Assembly (NCBI GenBank): GCA_937625935.1
Contig: OW569385.1
Coordinates: forward strand, 365,639 to 429,638
Reading direction: 5' to 3'
Length of the DNA stretch: 64,000 bases
Source: Tetramitus jugosus
Lineage: Eukaryota; Protista; Heterolobosea
Shown here piece by piece: positions 31,867-43,112 of this stretch. Position numbers and translations under genes: made by a program. The notes beneath the pieces were generated by a model. That model saw only the letters and a program-made list of their open reading frames with translations. It was not told the origin of the DNA and did no database searches. Position 1 is the first letter of the stretch; each line of letters opens with the position of its first letter.

Positions 31867-33399
31867 TTACAACTGTCCTTCCACTGTTATCACAATGCCC
31901 AGGACCAATAGAACTGCACTAATTGTGAAGAAGGTTGCCATGTTGCTGATACGCAACGATAGGAATGCACCAACAACAGCACCAACAAAGCAACAAGGAA
32001 TTCCCACCGCAATAAAGTACAGCGTAGACATGGTGTAAACGGAAGCCGTGCCAATAAACGTCAACGACAGCCCAAACATGCACAGCAGTGTACAGAAACA
32101 TCCAGTGGCAGTTGCCACCTTTTGATCCACTTTCCAACATGCGACGAGCACAACATTAATAATCATACCACCTCCCACGTACACCAATCCACTAATACCA
32201 CCAACCATTGCCATAATGACACATGTAATAATCGTTCTAATAATTTTCTGTTTTGTCGAGAAATCAGTCGAAAGAATCATATCGTTTCCAAATCCACTCT
32301 CCACTGCAAATCTCTGCGTCAAATAATACTTCCATGCTGGTTGTCCCAGAGGTCTCAAATATTGACTATCGCCCATGACACTGCCATGACTATTCGAATC
32401 AACCATCATCATCGCATTCATATCACTATGGAACACTGCGTCATCATTGAGATTAATTCGGTAATTGTGTGGATCCGTTCCATCATTCTCCAGTGGTGCA
32501 ACTGACTTTTTGATTGGCATTCCTTCACCTGATCCATTCTCAACATCTTCATCATCAACAACATGACCATGATTGTGACTCGCGTTGACACGAGAGACAA
32601 GTTGATTTGCTGTTGCAGTTGGCGATTGCACAGATGATTGTTGATGACCATGATGATGGTGGTGGTGGTGTGAAGCACTCTTTGACAATTGTGAAAAATC
32701 ATCACCAACATCAGCAAACGTGTCTTCTTCACCACCTTCCTCTCCATACTCATTTCCAACAGCAACTTGGTTCATTCTGTGATGAGAAAGAGAGTGATTC
32801 ATGTGAGAGAGAGATGAGATGCTAGATCCAATGACCTCTTGATTAGAGCTACTCATCATACTATGGTCGACATCTCCTTCTTCTTCGTCATCAATCTCAT
32901 CGAGCTCTCTCTGATCCAAATGAGCACTATCTCTAATGTTTTCCATAGCTTTCCATTTGGCTTGTTCACCACGTTGTTTCTTTGCCTTGTAGTCCTTGAT
33001 GAGTGTAACGACACCACGAATAAAAAAGACGACAGCAAGAATGAATGGCAGGTAACCGACACCACCTTCCAAATATTTTTGATTGTCCAATAGCAAATGT
33101 CCCGTCGATAAGCTCACAATCAGAGCTACAGGTGCACTCACCAAACTGAAAATGAGTCCGCTGGAGAAACTAATTTTCCGATGATAACCGTAAAAAACTG
33201 TCAAAATTATGGAATTGACAAAATCGAGGCAAACGCTGATAAAAAGAGCGGGAAAGAGTTCAATCTGAAAAAATTTGAGGAGAAGTGGAAGAACGAGATT
33301 CCATGCGGTGAATGAAATGGTGGCACCACTGAATCCAACCATGATGGCAGAGCACGCATAAAGTGGCCACAGAACAAGTCCACTAAACGCTGCGGTCAT
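31867..33399 (-). CDS. TauE/SafE (TSUP)-like membrane protein with a large His/acidic loop
   Basis: Two hydrophobic halves with VGFSGATIS..LVLP and GGISGLVYVGGGMII..KVATATG. Confidence 0.75.
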   Translation of the reverse strand: MTAAFSGLVLWPLYACSAIMVGFSGATISFTAWNLVLPLLLKFFQIELFPALFISVCLDFVNSIILTVFYGYHRKISFSSGLIFSLVSAPVALIVSLSTGHLLLDNQKYLEGGVGYLPFILAVVFFIRGVVTLIKDYKAKKQRGEQAKWKAMENIRDSAHLDQRELDEIDDEEEGDVDHSMMSSSNQEVIGSSISSLSHMNHSLSHHRMNQVAVGNEYGEEGGEEDTFADVGDDFSQLSKSASHHHHHHHGHQQSSVQSPTATANQLVSRVNASHNHGHVVDDEDVENGSGEGMPIKKSVAPLENDGTDPHNYRINLNDDAVFHSDMNAMMMVDSNSHGSVMGDSQYLRPLGQPAWKYYLTQRFAVESGFGNDMILSTDFSTKQKIIRTIITCVIMAMVGGISGLVYVGGGMIINVVLVACWKVDQKVATATGCFCTLLCMFGLSLTFIGTASVYTMSTLYFIAVGIPCCFVGAVVGAFLSLRISNMATFFTISAVLLVLGIVITVEGQL

Positions 33400-33794
33400 C
33401 TCTATCGGACTATTTGTTTTGTTGTCTGTTGTTCTTGTTTGTTGTTTGGTGGTTGTTTTTTGCTTCTGATTTTTTTCTGGTTCGCGATAACTCTCTGTCG
33501 GAGATTCATTGTAATTCCCTTCCAGAAAAGATTCATGCGTGTCAAGTGTCTTCTTGGTTCAATGATCTGATTGGACACAAAGTTCACTAACAAGACTTTA
33601 CCATATGGCACCTATGCAGTCATAATGCTTGTGGACCTGAATCTGTTAGTTACTACGCATGGGTCAAATGACCAAGTTAACTATGAACCACGAACAACAA
33701 CGCTGAACAATAAAGATTCTCCTCTCTTATTACTTGGCGCCAAAAATCCGACAGTGGAAAAATTGTTGTCACTCAAAATTGATCAAACAACAAA

Positions 33795-34679
33795 ATGCAC
33801 ATTCAGAGAAGAGCGATCAACTTGGCCTTGACCTCCTGGTTCAGAGTACCGGAACAAGGAATGGAAACATTTGACATCATGTCTCGAGCATCTGTCGTTC
33901 CTGTTCGTGTAGGCCAACAACCGTTGAAAAATGTTTTGGCGCCAAAAACGATCATATTTACGAGCCAGCATGTGACTCATCCGATGCGTTGGGAGAATTG
34001 CTATCCCAGAGACCAGTATCCATGGCTCGAGTTCGTTCATGACCATCACATGAAATATCAATTAGAGGTAAGAGATTCTGACAATGGAAAGCTCTATCGG
34101 CACTTTCCTGTCTCCATTATGGATATTCATCCTGTGAGAGACATGTCTTTGCTGCGGATCGACAATGAACAATCATTTTTCGATTACTTAGAAAGTGAAG
34201 ATTACAAACGATACATGGTGACTGAGGTTGATGATCTATTGCTTGATCTGTATCCGCACCAAGTCCACGAGGATCAATACGTGCAATTTAAGGGATTTGA
34301 GCTGGCAGTGAGTGATGATGAAAAATCGATGGAGGACACGTTGGATGATGCGACCACGACCGAGGATAGCATGGGCGAAACAGATCAAGAAAATCTTTTG
34401 CCAAAGTTGGTTCATGGTCATGTGAATATGATTGATATAGGAAAGAATAGGGTGTTCGCCCGAACGGCCAATGAATCTGTGAGTATGGGAATGTGTGGTG
34501 GGCCTGTTCTCGTGAGAGATGAATCACATGGTGGTAAAATGATGTGTGCGGGCATGATTGAAGGATTGGTCAGTGGTATAAATGATCCAAAGCTGAATCA
34601 TCTCCAAGGAAATGCTGTGTTCATTCCATCAACCGAAATGAAGCTGTTCATGGAACAGACATTGATGTTTATCAAATAA
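33795..34679 (+). CDS. trypsin/chymotrypsin-fold protease with a Cys nucleophile
   Basis: TSQHV (H59), HPVRDMSLL (D116), GMCGGPV (C234) and downstream CAGMIEG. Confidence 0.75.
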   Translation: MHIQRRAINLALTSWFRVPEQGMETFDIMSRASVVPVRVGQQPLKNVLAPKTIIFTSQHVTHPMRWENCYPRDQYPWLEFVHDHHMKYQLEVRDSDNGKLYRHFPVSIMDIHPVRDMSLLRIDNEQSFFDYLESEDYKRYMVTEVDDLLLDLYPHQVHEDQYVQFKGFELAVSDDEKSMEDTLDDATTTEDSMGETDQENLLPKLVHGHVNMIDIGKNRVFARTANESVSMGMCGGPVLVRDESHGGKMMCAGMIEGLVSGINDPKLNHLQGNAVFIPSTEMKLFMEQTLMFIK

Positions 34680-35106
34680 GGAGATTGAAACTTGAGAATA
34701 TCTTCGCGTTGTTCGGTGAAGAGACCAGTTCACTGATTCTTCAAAAGTAAACTAGCTGTTCGAACTTAGAACCATAACGACTGTAAGGTTGAGGTTTCTT
34801 GCGCACCCAATTATACAATTACTCGTTTCGTACGCTGTATCGTAGTAATCAGTTAAAGAACATCATCCGCAGTTCAAATCATCAAGAAAATATCAGTACT
34901 GTAGTGTCCTTCCAATCAGGGCGATACCCTATCGACTCTCGATTGACAAAACAATCTGGGAGCTGCGCGTCCAATTTCGGTCATAAGGTATATGATGAAC
35001 TCAGACTTGAGGGCTTTGTTGTGTACGTATCCATCACAATAGGACCCTCCACAGACGAAACAAAAACCGAATTGGCCACTACACCCAATCCAACAAAACA
35101 AACAAC

Positions 35107-35838
35107 ATGAAGAAATCAGATATATCAACACTACCAACACTACCCGAATATACGCATTTTCAATCTGAGCTACTATCAAGACGTGATAGACCATCGCCAT
35201 CCGCCATTCTCCCTCTATTTCTTTCTTCTCGCTCCTGTAGTGCGCTTTTTAGCTCGGGTCGAAGCTCCCCCGTAGAAGTTCCAAAACTACAGCTAAACGA
35301 AAATACTTTGGATATCTTTAGAAAATTGGGAGAACAAGCAAAACGAGAAGAATATGAACGAAATGGTTGTTCCTATTGGCCAAGTCATGATACGGATGAG
35401 TGCGCAAATAGTGAAAGTTATCTCAAGGATCCGATTGCCACTGTACCCATCAGTCCAACCTATCGGAAATCTCCAAAGAATTGTACATCCAAAACATGTT
35501 CTTATAATCATCAAATTGGTACCCCTAGTCCGAACGTGAGTCCCAAGAACGCTGACAGGCGGCACTGTCACAACTTTGATCTCAAACCTATCCGGCAATC
35601 CAATGAAAAAACTCCACTGTCGTCCATCTCTTCAAAGCCTCAGACAAAATCAAAGAGATCTGACAGGTCATCCTCTGCACCATCCTCTCACAGAAGAAGC
35701 TGTAGCTTGAATGCTATGCTATCTTTGCCTCACTTGGGTAAAATACTGAACACACGACAGAAACAACGGCAAAAAGAGATGGATGTATTGAACAAGAAGC
35801 TCGAAATTACAAGTCAAAAAGTAAAATCCATTTGGTAA
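35107..35838 (+). CDS. hypothetical Ser/Pro-rich protein
   Basis: 243-aa ATG ORF with no recognised domain. Confidence 0.6.
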   Translation: MKKSDISTLPTLPEYTHFQSELLSRRDRPSPSAILPLFLSSRSCSALFSSGRSSPVEVPKLQLNENTLDIFRKLGEQAKREEYERNGCSYWPSHDTDECANSESYLKDPIATVPISPTYRKSPKNCTSKTCSYNHQIGTPSPNVSPKNADRRHCHNFDLKPIRQSNEKTPLSSISSKPQTKSKRSDRSSSAPSSHRRSCSLNAMLSLPHLGKILNTRQKQRQKEMDVLNKKLEITSQKVKSIW

Positions 35839-35957
35839 TCTGTTTTTCAATTGAGATCGACACTTCAGATGTTGAACGACAGTTCATTGTAGTTGACAGA
35901 TAGAAACATTGTTCGCCGTGTGCCTTGAATTTTTCAAGAAGAAAAAAAGCGCGCAAA

Positions 35958-36405
35958 ATGGCATCGAGAGGAACAAAGAGAGGACCGTCGAAAAACGAAG
36001 ATTTGATCTCTCATGAAGGGGCACAATTCATAAAGGCAGTCTCAGAGGATGGAATGGAATTCTTGGTTGATGCGAGATGCTTTGAATCATCCAAACCCAT
36101 CACTGAACGTACGTCCGTGATTTGATTTTACTTTTGGTGATATTGGGAACAATGTTAGTGACTTAACTATGAGCTATAATTTTTGTTGTCATGTATCTAC
36201 AGTGATTAGCAAATCAAGAATCAAAGATGAGAACGGCCTTGCTGTGATCCATTTAGAAGCAGATGGCGAAGTGTTGGAGAAGATGATACAGTACTTTTAC
36301 TATAAGACAAGGTGGGACAAGAATCCAGATGAGAGACCTGCATTTCACATTGACCCTACTCTGGCTCTCAATCTCATGGTTTGTTCGTACAAGTACGGAG
36401 CATGA
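35958..36405 (+). CDS. elongin C / SKP1-POZ-like protein, 2 exons
   Basis: Intron 36109-36202. IKAVSEDGMEFLV, VLEKMIQYFYYK and FHIDPTLALNLMVCSY motifs. Confidence 0.8.
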
Positions 36406-36684
36406 GTTGTTTTGTTTCTTCGAGAGTTATTATTTCGCTTTAGCTTTACGGTCAGTGAAGAATTTGTTAATATACAAGGTCATACAAGCCCTTCCATGTC
36501 TGACAACAACAGTTCTCACATGTGTATTCACCACCAACCTTTAAAAAGTCTTGTTGTGTTCGGTGTTGTTACAATAAAAATATTTTTCGCGTCGCGGTCA
36601 ACCAATCGGTAAAACGCCGCCTAGGCAAATTTCACCCAACAAAAAAACCATCATCACGAGCAACAACGTAATCATCAACACAAA

Positions 36685-37173
36685 ATGTCATCTTTTATTC
36701 AAGAAGCAGTAGACCGCAAGTACAGCAAATTTGAGGAAGGTTTGAAGGAAACCTACAAAGCAGAAACAAGCAAGACCCTTACCGGTGAACAACTTGGCGA
36801 GCAATTGAGAGAAATGAGATCTGTCGAGAAGCCAACCAACTGGTTCATGTGGATGAGAGCACACAAGGGTAGAGGTGTTGCTGCCACATGGAAGGACTTG
36901 TCCTTCTTCCCATACATTCTCAAGGAATTGCCAAAGAGCAGAACTGCTCCATGGGTTTGGGGAGGTGTGTCCACATTTGTCTTTGGATACTTGGCATTCA
37001 ACAGACCAAGAAGCGAACACGTTGAATCCATCAACTTTTATCCTCATGGTAGTCCACCAGGTTCTAAGTTGAATGCTCACTACGAACACTTGATTCACAT
37101 TGATCTTGGTGAGCCAGTTTTGCACAAGAACCCAAGTGGTATCTCCACTGCCAACAAGCATCACGGTCATTAA
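36685..37173 (+). CDS. small single-TM protein with high-expression codon bias (possible lineage-specific mitochondrial complex subunit)
   Basis: 162 aa with one hydrophobic segment (PWVWGGVSTFVFGYLAF). Codon usage resembles RPL21. Confidence 0.65.
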   Translation: MSSFIQEAVDRKYSKFEEGLKETYKAETSKTLTGEQLGEQLREMRSVEKPTNWFMWMRAHKGRGVAATWKDLSFFPYILKELPKSRTAPWVWGGVSTFVFGYLAFNRPRSEHVESINFYPHGSPPGSKLNAHYEHLIHIDLGEPVLHKNPSGISTANKHHGH

Positions 37174-37789
37174 ATTTGCTATCAATCCAATATATATATA
37201 ACTATATCTATATAGATGCATGTCTGATATCCAATCTCAACAGAGTATCTTTGCAGATGAACTACGCGCAGTATGACGATGACGTGGAATGATAAATATC
37301 AACGGGATACATATGTGATGATATTGAACGATGAAATCCTGATTATTTGCGTGTACTATGTGCGTGTCTGTGTGAGTCATGAGATGATTATCCTATCGAA
37401 CAGGAAAAAGCATGCATGTATGGGATTCGAAAAGCGACTTTTGATCATTGTGGCGTGATCATCCATTTTTATTTTGTAGAAACGTAGAACGTTAGGGACT
37501 TGTGTACCATTGTAAATGACAATATTTCAAATAGCTGTGTCTTGTGTGTTGTATTTGTGCACGACCTTCTTGCTTGTGTGATACAATTGGTTTTCCTCAA
37601 AGCAGTTCTTGTCTTTAGCCATCGGAAAAATGTTTGGTTGTAATTCAGGAAAAGTGATATTTTTAGTTTCTTAACTGTGATCTCCAAAACTCCTTCCATC
37701 TTTGTTTTCACAACAGGAGGACCGAATTTGATCCACACACAAACAACACAACACAACACGCACAACATACAGCTTGTACATATCATCAG

Positions 37790-39163
37790 ATGAGCGCTGC
37801 AAAAGGAATTACCATACGAGTGCGCGGAAGAGATGGCACATTTCGCTATGACAACAACGACCCAAACACAGTCACCATTCTCCAACTGAAGCAATTGATT
37901 GAGAAGGACACGGGTATACCACCTGAATTACAAACTCTTTCACTTGCTCCCCCATCTACCACCACCACCAATACTCTACTCAACAATGATTCACTAACGT
38001 TGAATCAGGCCAAACTACAGCACGGAACCATGCTTCTCATGACATACAATGCACAAGAGCACAAGAGTAAGCAAGACATTGAGTCGGAACAAAAGAGAGA
38101 ACAAATCAAGAAGGAGGTGGGTGAGATGGACGATTTGAAGAACCTCGGTCTCAAATATCGATCAAAGAATTGGACATTGGAAACATATTCACAATTGGTT
38201 GAAAAGTACAAGATTAGAATCAGGCATCAGACGTATGCGGTAGCAAGAACTGCGATTGTAGATCGATTGGCAGGTCAAAACTTTCAACAATTTCTCGTTG
38301 ATTACGCCTTCCAGTTACAAAGAGTCGGTTACCTGTACGGAACGACGGTACCAGCGGAGAAACCAGTTTTGGACGAAAAGACAAAAAAGTCCGACATGGA
38401 GTATTATGATGAGAATGAGTTGTATGAGGATGTTCAAATTAAGGTTATTTATGAACCGAAGCAGCATGGTACTCCAACAGAGTTTGTTGAAGATGTGAAT
38501 GATGCAGAGGAGAAAATGATACACAATCGTGCAGATATTTTGGCGAGTATGCTGGGAATGAAGCCAGTGGGTTGGATCTTCTCGCACAATGGTGACCGAG
38601 AAGTACCATTGTTGGCCAGTGAAGTGTTGAGAGCAGCAGAGTTGCAGAGTAAGCACGGAAAGGCATTTGTGACTGTTTCGGTGTCTCCAAACGAGGAGGG
38701 AAGACTTGAGTTTGAGGCTTATCAGGCCAGTAAGCAGTGTGTCGATTTGTATGAGAAGGGACTGTTGTCTCCGCATCCAACCAATCCCGAAATTATTGTT
38801 TGTAAGAAGGAAGTGGAAGTCGAGAGAAAGATGACAACTCAAATTGATTGTTTGTTGTTGACATGTAATGTGGCCATTAGCTCTGCCGAGTATGGTTATC
38901 AAGTCGGATTCCCTGTTCGCAACAGACCCGGACCCGAACACATTCAGAGTCTGCTCCGAGTCAAAGATGTCTTGTTGGAGAGAAGGAAGAAGAAGCAGAC
39001 TTTTGTGCAGCAAGTCAATGATTTCCATCTCTTGCTCTTCCTGACCGAGTTCTTGAGTCTGGATTCTGATTTCCCAACATTGTGCGAGGCAATTGTCAAG
39101 AAGAACAATGGAATGGCTCAGGCATATGAGACTTTGATCGAATCTTACGCAGGAATACAATAG
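37790..39163 (+). CDS. NPL4: nuclear protein localization 4 (Cdc48/p97 cofactor)
   Basis: N-terminal UBL (IRVRGRDG), QRVGYLYG, IYEPKQ, VGWIFSH, EAYQAS and FPVRNR. Confidence 0.93.
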   Translation: MSAAKGITIRVRGRDGTFRYDNNDPNTVTILQLKQLIEKDTGIPPELQTLSLAPPSTTTTNTLLNNDSLTLNQAKLQHGTMLLMTYNAQEHKSKQDIESEQKREQIKKEVGEMDDLKNLGLKYRSKNWTLETYSQLVEKYKIRIRHQTYAVARTAIVDRLAGQNFQQFLVDYAFQLQRVGYLYGTTVPAEKPVLDEKTKKSDMEYYDENELYEDVQIKVIYEPKQHGTPTEFVEDVNDAEEKMIHNRADILASMLGMKPVGWIFSHNGDREVPLLASEVLRAAELQSKHGKAFVTVSVSPNEEGRLEFEAYQASKQCVDLYEKGLLSPHPTNPEIIVCKKEVEVERKMTTQIDCLLLTCNVAISSAEYGYQVGFPVRNRPGPEHIQSLLRVKDVLLERRKKKQTFVQQVNDFHLLLFLTEFLSLDSDFPTLCEAIVKKNNGMAQAYETLIESYAGIQ

Positions 39164-39288
39164 AGTCATAAATATCTTGTATCATTATTTTCAAATTGAA
39201 CGTGTTGTACATTTGTAGTTAAGACAATGTTTCAAAAACAGCAAAGCTTTTATTTGATTGGATGGGAAGGTGCAATTGTTGCTTGTCA

Positions 39289-41481
39289 TTAGAACAGATG
39301 ATTTGTTTCGTCATATCTAACCTTCAACATGTATGCCTGACTCAGAATAGTTGCAATCTCTTTGAACGTCCATGACTGCGTTGGCAGATGTTGAATAAAT
39401 ATGACCATTTCTGTAAAATCTAGTTTTCGCAATCGTTCTGACCAGCTCTTCAAAAAGGTGGCACAGACATAAACGTGCAAAATTTCAAAATTGTCTCCCT
39501 CAGCCAAATAGGCATCAAAGATACGGATGATTAGCTTGAGAGATAATTCTCTCATCAGTAGACAGTTCATCCAACGGAATGCAAACTGTATAAACGATAG
39601 ACCTTGGTTTTGAATATGGTTGTACAGTGGTTCATCAATCTTTCGCGTAATTTCCTCCAATTTGTGCACCATGCGCTGAATTCCTGGCTGGGCAAACGTG
39701 TAATGATCCTGAATAAAGTCCAAGAATTGAGTAAAGCACCAGAAGCTATCAGCTTCCATATTGTCAAACGATTCATCATCAATCGTGCTGGCATCCATGT
39801 CCAACACATTGCTCACCACTTCATCACTGCCTCCTCTCCTGTACAGTTCATCTCTCAGGAACACAATCATGAATGGTGTAACCATATCGTTGATACCCTG
39901 AACGTATCCACTCGCAGGATGTCTCACACTCCAAACATACAATATTCGTTCCAGTGCCTCCTGAATCTTCTCTTGTTGGAACAGTGTGACATCAGGATTG
40001 GTTCTCGGAACATCAATATGTATTTGACGCTGCAAAGAATTTTCATACTCTGTCTTTTTCATTGTTCCTTCATTGAAGAACCGTTCTACCATTTGTTTGT
40101 ACTCTGATCTCTTTTTTTGAAGCAATGATTCTCTTCTTGCAGCATTACAATTGGCATATCCCAACAAGAGTTTCCACGTGAGAGCTCTCACTGATGCAGG
40201 CACACCGTTCCACGACAATTTTCTCAATTGATCCAAATCAACATCATGTTGATTGAGCAATACGTGAAATTTGTGAAGCTTATTCTGATTCAACACTTGA
40301 TCATATTCATCTCTGTTGCTACTGTCGTCCAAATCTGATGAATTCATGTTTCGAGAGCTCTTTGACCCAGTGTTCATCATTTCGACAATTGCCTCTGGTG
40401 AGAATGAATCGTTGCTTGATGATGATGAACCATCGACTACATAGTTGAATGAATCAGGTGTCATGTGACTGTTATTATTACTATTATTATTATTGTTGTT
40501 ACTATTATTATTGTTATTGTTATTGTTACTACCACTAGAGGCAATCCGTTTAATGTTACCAATCAAGTCCAACTCTGCTAATGCATTGGTTGTTTTTTTC
40601 AGTTTTTGATTCATGTTGGACAAGTCATCTAGAATGGAACTTGATGAAACAGTGGAAAGTGATGATGTATTTGCACTATGACTCGTACTTGTAGTACTAG
40701 TACTGTTAGTAGTACTGTTAATAGTATTGGTATTAATAGTATTAGAGGTGTGATGTACATTTTGAATTTGTTGTTGCAATTTCATTTCATCGACTTGTAA
40801 TACGCGATTCTTGTTTGTTTCAATAGAAACTCTTTTTGATTTTTGTTGTTGTTGTTGATCAGAGGTAGTGTGGGTAGTAGGTGTTGCAGATGATTCATCA
40901 TCATTCGATAATGTTGATAATGAATCATTGTTATGATGACTAGTAGCAGTAGTAGCAGTAGCAGTGACAGTAGCAGTAGTAGAAAAATGACTCATGGGTG
41001 ATGGTTGTTGAGCAATGTGATTCATGGGTAATGAGTATTGTGCTCCTCTGACTTTTGTAATTGTTCCTGGTTTATGGTGAGAAGAATGATGTTGTTGCAG
41101 AGGTGAATTCAAATAAGGTTCATGATGATGATTGCCCGTTGCATTGACAATGGAAGAAGTCGGAGAATTGAGGGCGGGAGAAGGAAAAGCTCCGACAGTA
41201 GAGAGAGAAGCGGAGGAGGAGGAGGAGGCAGGATTGGAACTAGAAAAAAATTTTCGTCTCTTGTTGGCTTGAGCTTGCTGTTTCTTCAATTGTTCTTGTT
41301 TTTGTTGATAGTAAGTGTATGAATTTTGTGTTTTTTCGATTGGTGATGTGAGTTCATCATCTGTAGAGTCACTACTATTGGTGTTGTTAGAAGCAGTAGT
41401 CGTTGGTTTGATGAGAGAGGATAAAAGTTGAGATGTCTTGGACAGAATACTGTTTCCACTACTACTGCTCTCAAGCGACAT
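39289..41481 (-). CDS. TBC1D22: Rab GAP, TBC1D22/Gyp1-like
   Basis: LRKLSWNGVP, QIHIDVPRTNP, RHPASGYVQGINDMVTPF and QFAFRWMNCLLMRE. Confidence 0.92.
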   Translation of the reverse strand: MSLESSSSGNSILSKTSQLLSSLIKPTTTASNNTNSSDSTDDELTSPIEKTQNSYTYYQQKQEQLKKQQAQANKRRKFFSSSNPASSSSSASLSTVGAFPSPALNSPTSSIVNATGNHHHEPYLNSPLQQHHSSHHKPGTITKVRGAQYSLPMNHIAQQPSPMSHFSTTATVTATATTATSHHNNDSLSTLSNDDESSATPTTHTTSDQQQQQKSKRVSIETNKNRVLQVDEMKLQQQIQNVHHTSNTINTNTINSTTNSTSTTSTSHSANTSSLSTVSSSSILDDLSNMNQKLKKTTNALAELDLIGNIKRIASSGSNNNNNNNNSNNNNNNSNNNSHMTPDSFNYVVDGSSSSSNDSFSPEAIVEMMNTGSKSSRNMNSSDLDDSSNRDEYDQVLNQNKLHKFHVLLNQHDVDLDQLRKLSWNGVPASVRALTWKLLLGYANCNAARRESLLQKKRSEYKQMVERFFNEGTMKKTEYENSLQRQIHIDVPRTNPDVTLFQQEKIQEALERILYVWSVRHPASGYVQGINDMVTPFMIVFLRDELYRRGGSDEVVSNVLDMDASTIDDESFDNMEADSFWCFTQFLDFIQDHYTFAQPGIQRMVHKLEEITRKIDEPLYNHIQNQGLSFIQFAFRWMNCLLMRELSLKLIIRIFDAYLAEGDNFEILHVYVCATFLKSWSERLRKLDFTEMVIFIQHLPTQSWTFKEIATILSQAYMLKVRYDETNHLF

Positions 41482-41662
41482 GTTTTTCTGGTGTGCTGTT
41501 GATTTTTTAGGTTTTTTTTTGCGCGGAGATGGAAAAATAATGTGATGTGCTAGAGTTCTGCGTTGAGCGGGGTTTCGAAGACGAATTGCTGGACGGAGAC
41601 ATCTGGTGAATCCTGTCGCCATCCTTTTGGAATAACAAAAATTGAAGAGAGCTGACTAAGCG

Positions 41663-42221
41663 ATGGCACGCACAAGAAAAGTCGTCAAATCTCGAGACAT
41701 ACCAGACGAAGAAGCAGAAAGAAAAGAAAAGAGAAAGAGAGAGATTGAGTTGCAATATGAACAGGCTGCCAAGAAGCAACACAGAGATACCTGTCGTGTG
41801 ATCCCAGAAGCGCCTGTGACCTATCGCGAGATTTGCAAGATTCACGATTTTTCACAATTCCTGAAACGCGGAGATGCCTTTCAGTTAATTTTGGATAAGT
41901 TGGAAGGGAGAGCTGGCTGATTTGGTCAACAGAGAGGTCGTTCAGCAAAAGAAGGCATTTGAAGAGACTGAAGAACCGGAGATCGACATCGAACCTGAAA
42001 GATTTCCACAAGATTATTGTTACTGTGTGTTCACAACAAACGAGTATGGCTCTTTCTGGGTGGAGAAAGAAGATGAAGCTATCATTGGGCGAGATCAATC
42101 AGAGAAGAGATACCACGAAAGAAAAGAGAGAATCAGGAAATCCAAATTGATTATTCACTTGCTATTCTCGAATGTTCTCCCTCGAGAACTCTCCTCTTCT
42201 GTTGCTGACTTTGTGATCTAA
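41663..42221 (+). pseudogene. hypothetical protein gene with an apparent +1 frameshift near 41906-41908 (or a sequencing indel)
   Basis: Removing one G from GAAGGGAGAG fuses ...LILDKLE to GELADLVNREVVQQ... Confidence 0.5.
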
Positions 42222-42329
42222 GATTGGTTGTCTGACTCGAGTGTTTTCAATTGATAAAGGATATAAACAAGATGCATAGAATACAATCAACAATTCACAT
42301 ATATCCAAATTTTATTTCAATAATGTCAC

Positions 42330-42887
42330 TCAACATGTGCCACACGCATTCAAGCGTTTGTCAAGAAGATCAGTGACAGTTGAGCCACTACCCTTGGATA
42401 GGTATGGGTACTGTTTATGCTTGCAGTCGATTTGTAAGCATCCAAGACCGCTACGCAAACAGATCTTGCCGCCAATATCAATATCATTAAACACACAGAG
42501 GTTTGGATTCTGAAAAGCACTTTGAGGTGTCATTTGATAAAATCTTGCTCCTTCATCTCCAGACTCTGCACAGATATAAGCATCTGGAAAACGATTGTAG
42601 ATGTCAGTTAAAACCAAGTTCTGTCCATCGTAGCGAAAGTAAGCAACGACTCGCTCATACATTCCACAGGAGGTCTGTCCAAGTGCACAACCAAAAGCTT
42701 GCATATTGTTTGCACAGCCGTAACTTGTGCACTTTGTGGAATTGTCACCTGACAGGTAATATCTCACCTTGCCACATTGTGGTTGGAGAGCCCACTCCAC
42801 TTGAATGTTCTTTCCCTCGAAGTATCTGGCATTCACGAACGCAAGAGTGGAGAACAAAAGGATAAGCAAAAGAATTGTGAGTCGCAT
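42330..42887 (-). CDS. secreted cysteine-rich protein
   Basis: Signal peptide MRLTILLLILLFSTLAFVNA and many cysteines in 185 aa. Confidence 0.75.
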   Translation of the reverse strand: MRLTILLLILLFSTLAFVNARYFEGKNIQVEWALQPQCGKVRYYLSGDNSTKCTSYGCANNMQAFGCALGQTSCGMYERVVAYFRYDGQNLVLTDIYNRFPDAYICAESGDEGARFYQMTPQSAFQNPNLCVFNDIDIGGKICLRSGLGCLQIDCKHKQYPYLSKGSGSTVTDLLDKRLNACGTC

Positions 42888-43112
42888 GTTGGATGTTTTG
42901 TGCTTTCTATTTGCTTCTTGTTTTTCTTGGAGTTGCGGGGTGAACTTGAACCAGAAGGGGAAAGCGCACCACGCGTTTTTGAACCAGATCAATTCACGTC
43001 AACGGGGTGCCCTGAGAAGGAGAAGTAGCAGTTACTGATGTGGAAGTTGAAAATTTGCTGCCTGGCAGCACTTTATTGTCAATGATGCAACACGGTGGAG
43101 ATTCAACAAGGT

